Below are positions 19,138 through 30,217 of a DNA stretch of 64,000 nt, piece after piece. The notes beneath the pieces were generated by a model, which saw only the letters and a program-made list of their open reading frames with translations, did no database searches and was not told where the DNA came from. Made by a program: the position numbers and the translations under genes. Numbering within the stretch: the stretch's first letter is position 1; every line of letters starts with the position of its first letter. Origin of the DNA: Rhodospirillaceae bacterium (GTDB taxonomy: Bacteria; Pseudomonadota; Alphaproteobacteria; GCA-2731375); assembly GCA_018701215.1 (NCBI GenBank), contig JABIWH010000057.1, forward strand, positions 132,519 through 196,518, given 5' to 3'.

Positions 19138-19560
19138 ATGAGCGCTAATGGGAGCTCCAAATTGAGTGACAAACCGATTTTCAAGAAAAAGAAGTTTGCG
19201 GCCAATCAAACTATCTTCGACGAACGCTCGCCCGCGGAATGGGTCTATATTTTAAGTAGTGGCGCCGTGGAAATACGCGTCGGCACGCTTAGCGACAATC
19301 CCACCACATTGACCACGATAAAGGTCGGCGACGTCTTTGGCGAACTGGCTCTATTGGAAGGCCGCCCGCACCGTGCGGAGGCAGTTGCCACCGAACCCAC
19401 CGAGGTCCTGGAAGTTCCACGCCAGGAGTTTATCGACCGCTTGAACGCATCGGACCCGGTCATGAAGACGGTGGTCAACCACTTGGTTCGGCGTCTGCAA
19501 GAGATGACGGATGAACTGGCAGAGCGCGAACATGCCCCCCAGGGAGCCGGCACTAACTAG
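19138..19560 (+). CDS. Stand-alone cyclic nucleotide-binding domain protein
   Basis: YILSSGAVEI, GDVFGELALLEGRPHRAEAVA phosphate-binding cassette; start uncertain. Confidence 0.85.
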   Translation: MSANGSSKLSDKPIFKKKKFAANQTIFDERSPAEWVYILSSGAVEIRVGTLSDNPTTLTTIKVGDVFGELALLEGRPHRAEAVATEPTEVLEVPRQEFIDRLNASDPVMKTVVNHLVRRLQEMTDELAEREHAPQGAGTN

Positions 19561-21193
19561 AGACCGCGCCGCTCTCGATCGCCTCTAGCTTAAAGGCGGC
19601 GGCCATCAGGGCCTTGGTGTAATCGGTTTGCGGGTCATCGAAAATTTGTTGCGCCGCGCCCTGCTCCATCACCTTGCCGTCGCGCAGGACAATGACCTCG
19701 TCGGCCAGGGCCCGAACCACCTTCAGATCATGGGAAATGAATAAATAGGCCAGGCGGTGACGTTGTTGCAGGTCGCGCAACAGATCGATGATCTGCGCCT
19801 GTACCGACACATCCAGGGCCGAGGTGGGTTCGTCCAGCACCACGAAACGCGGCTGCAGGACCATGGCGCGGGCGATGGCCACGCGCTGGCGCTGGCCGCC
19901 GGAGAATTCATGGGGGAAGCGGTCCATGGCGCCCGGCTCCAGGCCGACCTCCCGCAAGGTGTTGGCGATCAATTCGCGCCGTTCGTCATAGCCACCGCCT
20001 TTCCCATGTACCAGCAGGCCCTCTTCGATGATCTGGGCGATGGACATGCGTGGGCTCAATGACGAGAACGGGTCCTGAAAGACGACCTGCATCTGCCTGC
20101 GCAAGGGCCGGAGGACATTGCCGCCCAAGGTCTCGATGCGTTGACCGTCGAAACTGATGGCGCCTTGGCTGGAAATCAGGCGCAGCAAGGCTAATCCCAA
20201 GGTGGTTTTGCCCGAGCCGCTTTCCCCCACCACGCCCACGGTATGGCCCTCGCGGACCTCCAGGCTGATCTCGTCCACCGCGCGCACATGATCGATGGTG
20301 CGGCGAAAGACCCCGGCCTTGATGGGGAACCAGACCTTCAGCTTCTCCGCCGTGATCACGGTGGCGGCATCGGCGGGGGGGGCGGCCGGTTTGCCCTTGG
20401 GCTCAGCTGACAGCAGGTGCAGGGTGTATTCATGTTGCGGGTGATTGAAGAGGTCTTCAACCGGTGCCTGCTCGACAATTTCGCCACCCGTCATCACCGC
20501 GACCCGGTCGGCCATGTGCCGGACCACACCCAGATCATGGGTGATCAGGATCATCGCCATGCCAAGCTTGCCTTGCAGCTCCTTCAATAGGGCCAGGATT
20601 TGCGCCTGGATGGTGACGTCCAGGGCCGTGGTGGGCTCGTCCGCGATCAGGATCTCCGGCTCGTTGGCCAGGGCCATGGCTATCATCACCCGCTGCCGCT
20701 GCCCGCCCGAGAGCTGGTGTGGATAGGCGCCCAGGCGTTTCTCCGGCTCCTGAATACCCACCAGGTGGAGCAGTTCCATGATGCGTTCGCGGACCTGGGT
20801 CGGGTTCATCTTTTTGTGTAGGGCCAGCACCTCGCCGACCTGCTGCTCGACCACATGCAGGGGGTTCAGCGCTGTCATGGGCTCTTGAAAAATCATCGAG
20901 ATGTTGTTACCCCGCGCCACGTGCAGTGTCTCTTTGTCGGCACCGAGCAATTCCGTGCCCCGGTACTTGATGGAGCCCGAGGGATGGCTGGCCGTGGGGT
21001 AGGGCAGCAGTTGCAGGATTGATAGCGCCGTGACGGATTTGCCCGACCCGCTTTCGCCGACGATGGCCAGGGTCTCGCCGGCACCCAGATCGAATGAGAT
21101 ATTTTTGACCGCGTGGCTCTGTCCGCCCTCGACCCGGAAGTCGACGGATAGGTCTTTCACTTCCAAAAGCGGCGTGGTGGCGGGGGCGCTCAT
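19553..21193 (-). CDS. yejF: Peptide ABC transporter, fused double ATPase
   Basis: Two GESGSGK Walker A and two SGGQRQR signatures; follows yejABE-like genes. Confidence 0.9.
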   Translation of the reverse strand: MSAPATTPLLEVKDLSVDFRVEGGQSHAVKNISFDLGAGETLAIVGESGSGKSVTALSILQLLPYPTASHPSGSIKYRGTELLGADKETLHVARGNNISMIFQEPMTALNPLHVVEQQVGEVLALHKKMNPTQVRERIMELLHLVGIQEPEKRLGAYPHQLSGGQRQRVMIAMALANEPEILIADEPTTALDVTIQAQILALLKELQGKLGMAMILITHDLGVVRHMADRVAVMTGGEIVEQAPVEDLFNHPQHEYTLHLLSAEPKGKPAAPPADAATVITAEKLKVWFPIKAGVFRRTIDHVRAVDEISLEVREGHTVGVVGESGSGKTTLGLALLRLISSQGAISFDGQRIETLGGNVLRPLRRQMQVVFQDPFSSLSPRMSIAQIIEEGLLVHGKGGGYDERRELIANTLREVGLEPGAMDRFPHEFSGGQRQRVAIARAMVLQPRFVVLDEPTSALDVSVQAQIIDLLRDLQQRHRLAYLFISHDLKVVRALADEVIVLRDGKVMEQGAAQQIFDDPQTDYTKALMAAAFKLEAIESGAVSS

Positions 21194-22293
21194 GACGTCG
21201 TCTCCGCCGCCGCCTCTGCCACAACCGGGCCCGCCGCCGCGCCCTTGCGGGGATCAAAGGCATCGCGCACCGCCTCGAAGATGAAAATCAGCAGGGTCAG
21301 CATGATCGACAGCATGACAAAGGCGGTGATGCCCAACCACGGCGCCTGCAGGTTGGCCTTGCCCTGTTGCAGCATCTCGCCCAACGATGGCGAACCGGGG
21401 GGCAGTCCGAAACCGAGGAAATCCAGGGCCGTCAAGGTGGTGATGGAGCCCGAGAGGATGAACGGCAGGAAGGTCAGCGATGCGACCATGGCGTTGGGCA
21501 GGACGTGGCGGTACATGATCATGACATCCGACAGCCCCAGGGCGCGGGCCGCGCGGACATAGTCGAAATTCCGGGCGCGGAGGAATTCGGCGCGCACCAC
21601 GCCGACCAGGCTCATCCAAGAAAAAATCAACATGATACCCAGCAGCCACCAGAAATTCGGCTCCACGAACGAAGCCAGGATAATCAGCAGATACAAAGTG
21701 GGCAGGCCGGACCAGACCTCGATAAAGCGCTGAAACAGCAGATCGGTCCAGCCGCCGAAATAGCCCTGGATGGCGCCCGCCATGACGCCGACGATGGAAG
21801 AAAAAATTGTCAGCACCAGACCGAACAGCACGGATATGCGAAAGCCATAGATCAGCCGCGCCACCACGTCGCGGCCCTGATCGTCCGTGCCCAGCCAGTT
21901 TTCGGTCGACGGCGGGGCGGGCGCCGGGACGGGCAGGTCATAGTTGATGGTGCGATAGCTGTAGCGGATGGGCGGCCAGATGATCCAGCCGCCGGCCTCC
22001 GTGATCAGCTCTGTCACGAAGGGGTCGCGGTAGTCGGCCTCGGTCTCGAACTCGCCGCCAAACTTGGTCTCGGCATAGGTGAAAATAACCGGGCTATGGA
22101 TTTCATCTTTAAAGCTGATAAGCAATGGCTTGTCGTTGGCGATGACTTCGGCGAACAGGGCGAGCACGAAGAGGCCGAGGAAAATCCACAACGACCAATA
22201 ACCCCGCTTGTTGGCCCGGAAATTGCGCAGCCGCCGCCGGGTGATCGGCGTGATGCGCCGGCCCATGAACCTGTCTCGCTCTACGCTAGACAT
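21190..22293 (-). CDS. yejE: Peptide ABC transporter permease
   Basis: [32 protein letters not shown] motifs. Confidence 0.92.
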   Translation of the reverse strand: MSSVERDRFMGRRITPITRRRLRNFRANKRGYWSLWIFLGLFVLALFAEVIANDKPLLISFKDEIHSPVIFTYAETKFGGEFETEADYRDPFVTELITEAGGWIIWPPIRYSYRTINYDLPVPAPAPPSTENWLGTDDQGRDVVARLIYGFRISVLFGLVLTIFSSIVGVMAGAIQGYFGGWTDLLFQRFIEVWSGLPTLYLLIILASFVEPNFWWLLGIMLIFSWMSLVGVVRAEFLRARNFDYVRAARALGLSDVMIMYRHVLPNAMVASLTFLPFILSGSITTLTALDFLGFGLPPGSPSLGEMLQQGKANLQAPWLGITAFVMLSIMLTLLIFIFEAVRDAFDPRKGAAAGPVVAEAAAETTS

Positions 22294-23401
22294 CGCGGCT
22301 CTCGAAATCGATGCGCGGATCGATGATCATGTACATCAGATCGCCGATTAGATTGAGAATGAGCCCCATCAGGGTGAAGACATACAGGGTGCCCAGCACC
22401 ACCGGATAATCCCGGTTCAAGGCCGCCTCGAAGCCCAACAACCCCAGGCCGTCCAGCGAAAATATTACCTCGATCAACAATGAGCCCGTGAACAGCACCC
22501 CGATAAAGGCGGAGGGGAAGCCCGCCACCACGATCAACATGGCGTTGCGGAAGACATGGCCATACAGCACCCTGGCCTCGCTCAAACCCTTGGCCCGCGC
22601 CGTGACCACGTAATGTTTGTTGATCTCGTCCAGGAAGGAATTCTTGGTCAGCATGGTCAGGGTGGCGAAACCACCGATGGCCATGGCCGCAATGGGCAGG
22701 ACCATGTGCCAGAAATAGTCGGCGATCCGCGCCGGCCACGTCATCTCGTCCCAGCCCTCCGAAGTCAGGCCGCGCAGGGGGAAGATGTCCCAGAACGAAC
22801 CGCCGGCGAACAGCACGATCAACAATACCGCAAACAGAAAGCCGGGAATGGCATAGCCGATGATGATGACGGTCGAGGTCCAGACATCGAAGCGGCTGCC
22901 GTCGCGCACCGCCTTGGCAATGCCCAGGGGGATGCAAATCAGATAGGTCAGCAAGGTGGTCCAAATTCCCAGCGAGATGGAGACCGGCATTTTGTCCACC
23001 ACCAGGCCCATCACCGGTTGGTCGCGGAAGAAACTCTCGCCGAAATCAAATTGGACATAGTTCCAGACCAGCAGGCCGAAACGTTCGTGGGCCGGTTTGT
23101 CCAGGCCGAATTGCCGCTCCAGATCCTTGATCAGTTCAGGATCCAGGCCCTGGGCGCCCCGGTATTTGGAGCTGATGGCGGCGTCCGCGCCTTGGCTGGC
23201 CATCTGCTGTTCGCGGTTGACCTCCGCCCCGCCGCCGCCCGAGACGCGCGAGGTCGCCTCCACCGCCGTGCCGGTCAGTTGCGCGATCACTTGTTCCACC
23301 GGGCCGCCGGGCAGGAATTGCAGCACGATGAAGTTCAACAGCATGATGCCGAACAACGTCGGGATCATCAGCAGCAGGCGCCGGATGATATAGGCGACCA
23401 T
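22286..23401 (-). CDS. yejB: Peptide ABC transporter permease
   Basis: [38 protein letters not shown] motifs. Confidence 0.93.
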   Translation of the reverse strand: MVAYIIRRLLLMIPTLFGIMLLNFIVLQFLPGGPVEQVIAQLTGTAVEATSRVSGGGGAEVNREQQMASQGADAAISSKYRGAQGLDPELIKDLERQFGLDKPAHERFGLLVWNYVQFDFGESFFRDQPVMGLVVDKMPVSISLGIWTTLLTYLICIPLGIAKAVRDGSRFDVWTSTVIIIGYAIPGFLFAVLLIVLFAGGSFWDIFPLRGLTSEGWDEMTWPARIADYFWHMVLPIAAMAIGGFATLTMLTKNSFLDEINKHYVVTARAKGLSEARVLYGHVFRNAMLIVVAGFPSAFIGVLFTGSLLIEVIFSLDGLGLLGFEAALNRDYPVVLGTLYVFTLMGLILNLIGDLMYMIIDPRIDFESRDV

Positions 23402-23404
23402 GGT

Positions 23405-25264
23405 CTAGTTCCGGCCCAGCTTGGCGGCCTTGGCCGGGTCCCACCACCAGGTATCGAGCACGCCGCGGGCATATTTTGGTTTGCTGGCGGGGCGGCCGAA
23501 CAGGTCCCAGTACGCGATGGTGTGTGAAGCCTTGAACCATTGCGGCACCAGATTGTGGCTCCACATGATGACCCGGTCCAGAGCATGGGTGGCATGGCGC
23601 AGTTCGTCGCGGTTACCGGCCTGGATGATCTTCTCGATCAAGGCATCCACCGCCGGGCTTTTCAGGCCGGTGTAGTTGCGCCCGCCGGTCATATCGGCGG
23701 TCTTGGAATTCCAGGCGCTGCGCAGGCCCAGGCCGGGTGTCAGGGAGGATGAATTTCGGAACGTGGTGATGTCGAAATCAAACTCCTGAACGCGGCGCTG
23801 ATACTGCGCGGGTTCAACTAGGCGAAACCGCGCGGTAATGCCCAGTTTCTCCAGATTGCGGATATAGGGCATGACGATACGTTCGAACGCCTTGCCGTAC
23901 GATAGGAACTCAATCTCGAAGCTCTTGCCGGCCCCGTTCACCAGCTTGCCGTCCCGTACTTTCCAGCCCGCCGCGCCGAGCAGTTTCTTGGCCTGGCGCA
24001 GCTGGCCGCGAATATTGCCCGTGCCCTTGGTCTTGGGCGCGCGGTAAACCTCGCCAAAGACCTCTTTGGGCAGATCCTTGCGCCAGGGTTCCAGCAGGGC
24101 CAGCTCGGCACCCACGGGCGCGCCCGTGGCCTCCATGTCGGAGTTTTGAAAAATGCTGTAGGTGCGCTGGTACAGGCCATGGAACAGGTTCTTGTTGGTC
24201 CATTCGAAATCGAACACCAGGCCGATGGCCTGGCGCACGCGGCGGTCGGTAAATTTGGCGCGGCGGGTGTTGAGAAAAAAGGCCTGGAAGCCCGACGGAT
24301 TTTGATCGGGCAGGATTTCCTTGATCAGGCGGCCGTCCTTAACCGCCGGCACGTCGTCATATTTGGTGGCCCAGTTGCGCGAAGTGAAATCCTCGCGAAA
24401 ATCGATCTTGCCCGCGAACAGGGATTCCAAGGCGATATCCCGGTCCCGGTAATAATCCCAGGTAATGCGCCGGAAATTGTTGCGGCCACGATAGACCGCC
24501 AAATCCTTGCCCCAATGGTCGTCCACCAGGACATAGGTGATGGAGCGGCCCGGATCGACCTTTTCCACCCTGTAGGGCCCGCTGCCCATGGGTGGGGTCA
24601 TGGTGGTCTTGGTGAAGTCGTGATCGCTATACCAGGACTTTGAAAGTACCGGCATGGCGGCCACGGTGGCGGGCAGATCGCGGGTCAGCACACCCTTGGC
24701 GAAGTTGAAGCGGACCTTGCGTGGGCCCAGCACCTCCGTCCCGGTGATATCCTTGAACAGGACGCGGTAGACCGGGTGGCCCTTGGTCTTGAGAATATCA
24801 AAGGAAAACGCCACATCGTCGGCGCTGATGGCGCTGCCGTCATGCCAGCGCGCCGCCGGCCGCAGGGTAAACGTAATCGACTGCCGGTCATCGGGGATCT
24901 CAACGCCGCCGGCGATCAGGCCATAGTAGGAATCTTCTTCGTCTCCTGACCCGATCATCAGGGTTTCGAAGGTCAACAGCCGGCCATCGACGCCAAAGGG
25001 ATTGCTGCCCGCGGCCCAATGACCCTTGAGAATAAATGGATTCAGGCTGTCGAAATTTCCGTTGTACCAAAGGCGCAGACGCCCACCCTTGGGCGCGTCC
25101 GAATTGACATAGTCGAAATGCTTAAAGTCCGGGCCGTACTTCAAGCTGCCCAAAACAGCGAAGCCGTGGCTGGGCTCTGCCAGCGCCGGGACTGTCCCAA
25201 TCAAAAATGGGGCCAGGGTTAAGAGCAGCAACAGCCGGGCTATGCTATTCACGGGGCGAATCAT
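23405..25264 (-). CDS. yejA: Peptide ABC transporter substrate-binding protein (family 5)
   Basis: Signal peptide; LKYGPDFKHFDYVN.DAPKGG, FDFEWTNKNLF motifs. Confidence 0.88.
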   Translation of the reverse strand: MIRPVNSIARLLLLLTLAPFLIGTVPALAEPSHGFAVLGSLKYGPDFKHFDYVNSDAPKGGRLRLWYNGNFDSLNPFILKGHWAAGSNPFGVDGRLLTFETLMIGSGDEEDSYYGLIAGGVEIPDDRQSITFTLRPAARWHDGSAISADDVAFSFDILKTKGHPVYRVLFKDITGTEVLGPRKVRFNFAKGVLTRDLPATVAAMPVLSKSWYSDHDFTKTTMTPPMGSGPYRVEKVDPGRSITYVLVDDHWGKDLAVYRGRNNFRRITWDYYRDRDIALESLFAGKIDFREDFTSRNWATKYDDVPAVKDGRLIKEILPDQNPSGFQAFFLNTRRAKFTDRRVRQAIGLVFDFEWTNKNLFHGLYQRTYSIFQNSDMEATGAPVGAELALLEPWRKDLPKEVFGEVYRAPKTKGTGNIRGQLRQAKKLLGAAGWKVRDGKLVNGAGKSFEIEFLSYGKAFERIVMPYIRNLEKLGITARFRLVEPAQYQRRVQEFDFDITTFRNSSSLTPGLGLRSAWNSKTADMTGGRNYTGLKSPAVDALIEKIIQAGNRDELRHATHALDRVIMWSHNLVPQWFKASHTIAYWDLFGRPASKPKYARGVLDTWWWDPAKAAKLGRN

Positions 25265-25282
25265 GAGGCGGATGATAACAGA

Positions 25283-27118
25283 TTACTTGCCGCCATTTTG
25301 GGCACTTTTCAAAGCCTTGTCCTTGGCGTTGTCCAGCCACCAGGTCTCGGGAAAGCCCAGGCTGTATTTGGCCTGCACCTTTGGCCGGGAAAAGCGGTTC
25401 CAATATGCGATGCGATAGCTGTTGATATGCCAGTTGGGAATAACAAAATGGTTCCATAGCAGAACCCGGTCCAGGGCCCGCGTGGCGGCGACCAGTTCGG
25501 CCCGGCTGTTGGCAAAGATAATTTGATCGATCAATTTATCGATGGCCGCATCCTTGATGCCGATATAGTTGCGGCTGCCAGGCCGGTCGGCCGCCGCCGT
25601 GCCCCAAAAGCCGCGCTGTTCGTTGCCCGGCGACAGCGATTGCCCCCAGCCGCCGACGATCACGTCATAGTCGAAGTCCCGCAGCCGGTTGATATATTGC
25701 GAGGTATCAACCACCCGTACCTTGACCGTGACGCCCAACCGCTCCATGGCCTTTTGCATGGGCGCGACGATGCGCTGAAAGCCCTGGTTGACCAGTAGGA
25801 ATTCAATTTCCATGGCTTTGCCGGTCTTGCCATTGCGCAGTTTGCCATCCTTGACTGACCAGCCGGCACTATCCAATAGCCGCTTGGCCTGGCGCAAAAG
25901 GCGGCGGGATTTGCCCGAACCATCGGTCTTTGGCGCCGCATAGGCTTTGGCGAAGACCTCTTCTGGGATCTGACCTTTCAAGGGCGAAAGGAACTTCAGT
26001 TCCGCCGCGCTGGGCAGGCCCTGGGCGGCCAGTTCCGAGTTCGAGAAATAGCTCTGTGTCCGGGTGTATTGGCCAAAGAACAGGTTCTTGTTGGCCCATT
26101 CGAAATCAAAGGTCAGGGCCAGGGCCTGGCGCACCCTGGCATCCTGGAACTGGGGCCGGCGGATATTAAAGGCGAAGGACTGCATCCCCGTGGGGTTGCC
26201 GTTTTTCAAGGTCTCCTTGACCACTTGGCCCTTTTTCAGGGCCGGAAACTTGTATTGCGTGGCCCAGACCTTGGCCGTGTTCTCCTGGCGGAAATCAAAG
26301 GCATTGGCCTTGAAGGCCTCCAGCGCCACGGTGGGGTCGCGGTAATATTCAAAGCGCAGGGTATCGAAATTGTGGCGCCCCTTGTTGACGGCCAGATCCT
26401 TGCCCCAGTAGTCCGCCACCCGCTCGTAGGTAATGCTGCGGCCCGGATCGACCTTGGCGATCCGATAAGGCCCGCTGCCTAGAGGCGGTTGCAACGTGGT
26501 CGCCTCGAAATTCTTGCCCTGCCAGTAATGTTTCGGCAGCACTGGCAACTGGCCAATGATCAGTGGCAGTTCGCGGTTCTTGCGGCCCTTGAAGGTGAAT
26601 TTGACTTTGTACGGCGACAGCGCCTCGGCCTTCTCGACATTGGCGTAATAGAAGCGGTAAAACGGCGCGCCCTTGGATTTCAGCAATTCAAGGCTGAATG
26701 CGACGTCATCGGCGGTGACCGGTTGGCCGTCATGCCAACGGGCCGCCTCTCGTAGATTGAAGGTGACCGAGGACAGATCGTCCGCCACCGCGACGCTTTC
26801 CACCAACCGGCCATATTCGGCAAAGGCCTCGTCGCGGGAGGATTCCAGCAAGGTGTCGTACAGCAAACTCAAGCCCGCCGCCGAGCTGCCCTTGATGGTA
26901 AAGCTGTTCAAGGTGTCAAAAGTGCCGCGCGCCTCGAGCCGTACGAGGCCGCCTTTCGGGGCATCAGGATTGACGTATTCGAAATGCGTGAAGCCGGGCG
27001 GATATTTCAGCTCGCCAAACATCGACATGCCGTGCCGGGCGGGGCCTTCCGCCCCAGCTTCTTTACTGGCTGGCAGGCTGAGAAACAACAATCCAACGAT
27101 AATCAGAACGGCGCGCAT
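25283..27118 (-). CDS. yejA: Peptide ABC transporter substrate-binding protein, second paralog
   Basis: Signal peptide; LKYPPGFTHFEYVNPDAPKGG, FDFEWANKNLF motifs; GGAG RBS. Confidence 0.88.
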   Translation of the reverse strand: MRAVLIIVGLLFLSLPASKEAGAEGPARHGMSMFGELKYPPGFTHFEYVNPDAPKGGLVRLEARGTFDTLNSFTIKGSSAAGLSLLYDTLLESSRDEAFAEYGRLVESVAVADDLSSVTFNLREAARWHDGQPVTADDVAFSLELLKSKGAPFYRFYYANVEKAEALSPYKVKFTFKGRKNRELPLIIGQLPVLPKHYWQGKNFEATTLQPPLGSGPYRIAKVDPGRSITYERVADYWGKDLAVNKGRHNFDTLRFEYYRDPTVALEAFKANAFDFRQENTAKVWATQYKFPALKKGQVVKETLKNGNPTGMQSFAFNIRRPQFQDARVRQALALTFDFEWANKNLFFGQYTRTQSYFSNSELAAQGLPSAAELKFLSPLKGQIPEEVFAKAYAAPKTDGSGKSRRLLRQAKRLLDSAGWSVKDGKLRNGKTGKAMEIEFLLVNQGFQRIVAPMQKAMERLGVTVKVRVVDTSQYINRLRDFDYDVIVGGWGQSLSPGNEQRGFWGTAAADRPGSRNYIGIKDAAIDKLIDQIIFANSRAELVAATRALDRVLLWNHFVIPNWHINSYRIAYWNRFSRPKVQAKYSLGFPETWWLDNAKDKALKSAQNGGK

Positions 27119-27295
27119 GGCCCCATCTCCAGGCGGTTTTGACGACAATTAGAACGATGGCCGCTGAATGCGGCGAATTCAAGGCTTTAGCGGCCCTCAT
27201 TGACGTTTTTGGGATGCATGTCTGTATTTTGGGTGTGGCCGGTTTTGACATCAGGAAATAAAGTCATGAATGTTCAGGTAAAAATTGAGGTCCGC

Positions 27296-27919
27296 ATGGA
27301 TCAGATGAAATCAAATCCCAGCGCCGTCGTTTTCGACCTTGGCGGCGTCTTGATTGATGTGGACCCGCGCTATTTGTACCGGCAAATGAGCCATGACGAA
27401 GCGCGGATCGAGCATTTCCTGGCGCAGATTTGTACGCCGGCCTGGAACTTTGAACAGGACCGCGGCCGTTCGACTGACGAAGCGACGGAGGAACTGATAC
27501 GCCGCCATCCTCCGCATGCGGATTGGATCCGCGCCTATTACGGCGAGCACGGAAAAACCTTCAGGGATGCAATCGCCGGGACAGTTGAAATTCTCCAGGC
27601 ATTGAAAGACAACGGCGTCCCGGTCTTTGCCCTGTCCAACTGGAACGGCGAATGTTTCCAGGTCGCCGAGGCGCGGTTTCCATTCCTTGATCTATTCGAG
27701 GACATCGTCGTTTCGGGGCGGGTCGGTTTGTGCAAACCCGAACTGGAAATCTATGAGTTGGCGTCGCGGCGATTTGGCTATTCGGCGCAGGAGATTTTCT
27801 TCATTGATGATAGGGAAGAGAATCTTGAGCCGGCAATCAAGCTCGATTGGAGGACCCATCTCTATCGAAGTCCGGATGCGCTGGAACGATCTTTGTTGCA
27901 GTTCGAAATATTGCAGTAG
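27296..27919 (+). CDS. HAD-superfamily phosphatase (YihX-like)
   Basis: FDLGGVL motif I, ALSNW, CKP, FIDD motif IV. Confidence 0.88.
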   Translation: MDQMKSNPSAVVFDLGGVLIDVDPRYLYRQMSHDEARIEHFLAQICTPAWNFEQDRGRSTDEATEELIRRHPPHADWIRAYYGEHGKTFRDAIAGTVEILQALKDNGVPVFALSNWNGECFQVAEARFPFLDLFEDIVVSGRVGLCKPELEIYELASRRFGYSAQEIFFIDDREENLEPAIKLDWRTHLYRSPDALERSLLQFEILQ

Positions 27920-27931
27920 GTCGGAACTGCG

Positions 27932-28714
27932 CTAACCTTGCAACACCGCCAGGGCCTGGGCGTGCAAGGCGGGATTGGCGGTGGCGATGGCGGTTTCTAT
28001 GCCCACCTGGCCGTCAAACCGTAGCGGCTTGCCCTGCCAATCGGTGACGATGCCGCCGGCGTTCTCGATGATGGGCACGTGGGAGGCCATGTCCCATTCG
28101 TTCAGGTTTGTCTCTGTCACGATATCGACGAAACCCATGGCCAGCATGGCGAAGGCATAACAATCCGTGCCCTGGCGCATCAGTTTGGTCGCGGCGGACA
28201 GGCGTTGCATGGCGGTTGCCTGATCGGAAGAATAAAGGCCCAAATCGGTGGTGAACAAATTCGCCTCCGACAGGCTGTCGCGGGCGCTGGTCTTGATCGC
28301 CGCGCCGTTGAATGTAGCGCTGCCGTCCATGGCGCCGATCCAGCGCTCGCCGTTGATCGGCTGATCCACCACCCCCAGTACCGGTTTGCCGTTATGGGCC
28401 AGGGCAATCAATGTACCGAACAGGGGAATGCCGGTGATGAACAGCTTGGTGCCATCGATAGGATCCAGTATCCAGTGCCATTCGCCGCTGCCCGGCTTGA
28501 GGGGAAATTCCTCGCCCCGGATGCCGTGATCGGGGCATTCCGCCTCGATGATGGCGCGCATGGCGCGTTCGGCTTCACGGTCGGCGATGGTCACCGGACT
28601 TTCATCGGCCTTGGTGTCGATATGGATGTCGGCGCGGAAATAGGGTCGGATAACCGCGCCGGCGGCATCCGCCAGCCGCCCGGCCAAGGCCAGATAACGT
28701 TCAGCCTCTTCCAT
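27932..28714 (-). CDS. hisN: Histidinol-phosphate phosphatase (inositol monophosphatase family)
   Basis: SPVTIADREAE, GEE, WILDPIDGTK.FITG.PLFGTLIAL, WD motifs. Confidence 0.82.
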   Translation of the reverse strand: MEEAERYLALAGRLADAAGAVIRPYFRADIHIDTKADESPVTIADREAERAMRAIIEAECPDHGIRGEEFPLKPGSGEWHWILDPIDGTKLFITGIPLFGTLIALAHNGKPVLGVVDQPINGERWIGAMDGSATFNGAAIKTSARDSLSEANLFTTDLGLYSSDQATAMQRLSAATKLMRQGTDCYAFAMLAMGFVDIVTETNLNEWDMASHVPIIENAGGIVTDWQGKPLRFDGQVGIETAIATANPALHAQALAVLQG

Positions 28715-28738
28715 GAATAAGCGGCCTATTCGCCCAAT

Positions 28739-29293
28739 CTACTCAGCTGGCAGGGCTGGCGGCGAATCGTGTTGTTGCCGCATAAAGGCGATCAGATTGG
28801 CCCGGTCTGTTTGCTTCTTGATGCCCTTGAAGGCCATTTTGGTGCCGGGTATGAAGCCCTTGGGATTGGCCAGGAAAGCGTCCAGGTCGGCATAGCTCCA
28901 CGCACCGCCCTTGTCCATTAAGGCGGAGGAGTATTTGAAGTTGGTGCCGCCACCCATGCCGCGGCCGACCACACCGTACAGCACGGGCCCAACTTTGTGC
29001 TTGCCGCCTTTATCGAAGCTGTGACAGGCCTTGCATTTTTTGGCCGCCTTGGCGCCCTTGCCGGCGTCGCCCGCCGCCAGCAGCGCGGCCAGGCCGGGGC
29101 CGGTGTCTTCTTTGGCGTCTTCGGCTTTCGCCTCTTCTTTGGCGTCTTCTTCCGCCCCATCGCCGATGGCGATCGCGGCCTTGGCGGGAATGGTCGGATG
29201 CACCAAGGCATCGCCGATTATGTTGACAACCATGAGCAATAGCGCCGAGCCCAGAATGGCACCCAAAAACTTGTTGAATTCATACATATTCAT
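28739..29293 (-). CDS. cycM: Membrane-anchored cytochrome c
   Basis: N-terminal TM anchor, acidic linker, CKACH heme motif, PGTKM; divergent from kdsB. Confidence 0.88.
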   Translation of the reverse strand: MNMYEFNKFLGAILGSALLLMVVNIIGDALVHPTIPAKAAIAIGDGAEEDAKEEAKAEDAKEDTGPGLAALLAAGDAGKGAKAAKKCKACHSFDKGGKHKVGPVLYGVVGRGMGGGTNFKYSSALMDKGGAWSYADLDAFLANPKGFIPGTKMAFKGIKKQTDRANLIAFMRQQHDSPPALPAE

Positions 29294-29422
29294 GGCGGCA
29301 AACCCCAATTAAGGACAAACAAAACGCCGGGAAAATAACAGGAAAATGCTGGAACAGCTTTCCCGGAAGGACGGCTCACCGTATAACATCGCCGCAACCA
29401 ATTGGCTAGACCGGCTACATGA

Positions 29423-30184
29423 ATGGGACTGGAAAGCGTGACCTCGAGACAACAGGCACTTGTGGTGATACCGGCGCGCATGGCCTCGCTGCGGCTGCCC
29501 GATAAGCCATTGGCGGATATCCATGGCGAGGCCATGATCGTGCATGTCTGGCGCCGCGCGGTGGAGGCCGGTATCGGCCCGGTGGTGGTGGCTTGTGCCG
29601 AGGCCGAAATCGCCGATACGATCAAGGCCGCCGGTGGTGACGCGGTGCTGACCGATCCCGACCATCCATCAGGTTCTGACCGGGTCTGGGAGGCCGTGCA
29701 AAGGTTTGACCCCGATGGCGCCTATGATGTGATCATCAACCTGCAAGGCGATCTACCGACCATGGAGCCGGCCCAGATCCGCCTGTGCCTGGAGCTGCTG
29801 GCCGACGATGCGGTCGATATATCCACCCTGGCCGCCGAGATCGTCGAGGATTACGAACGGGAGCAAGCCAGCGTGGTGAAGGCGGTGATCTCGCTGCCGC
29901 CTGGTGCTGTGCAGGGGCGGGGTCTGTATTTTACCCGCGTGCCGGCACCGTCCGGCGAAGGCCCGTTGTACCATCACATAGGCATTTACGGCTATCGCCG
30001 GGCTGCTCTGGCGCGCTTTGTCGCCCTGCCTGCCGGCCATTTGGAGCGGCGCGAGCGGTTGGAGCAGTTGCGCGCCCTGGAGGACGGCATGCGCATCGAA
30101 GTCGGGCTCGTTGACAGGGTGCCCTTCGGTGTCGATACTCCCGCCGATCTGGACCGGGCACGCCGTGCCCTGGCGCCGAAATAA
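29423..30184 (+). CDS. kdsB: 3-deoxy-manno-octulosonate cytidylyltransferase
   Basis: IPARMAS.RLP.KPLADI, SGSDR, NLQGD, HIGIYGY, LEQLRALE; start may be GTG 29438. Confidence 0.95.
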   Translation: MGLESVTSRQQALVVIPARMASLRLPDKPLADIHGEAMIVHVWRRAVEAGIGPVVVACAEAEIADTIKAAGGDAVLTDPDHPSGSDRVWEAVQRFDPDGAYDVIINLQGDLPTMEPAQIRLCLELLADDAVDISTLAAEIVEDYEREQASVVKAVISLPPGAVQGRGLYFTRVPAPSGEGPLYHHIGIYGYRRAALARFVALPAGHLERRERLEQLRALEDGMRIEVGLVDRVPFGVDTPADLDRARRALAPK

Positions 30185-30217
30185 ACAGTCGTTTCAAAGC
30201 ATTAAGGACAGGCCACC

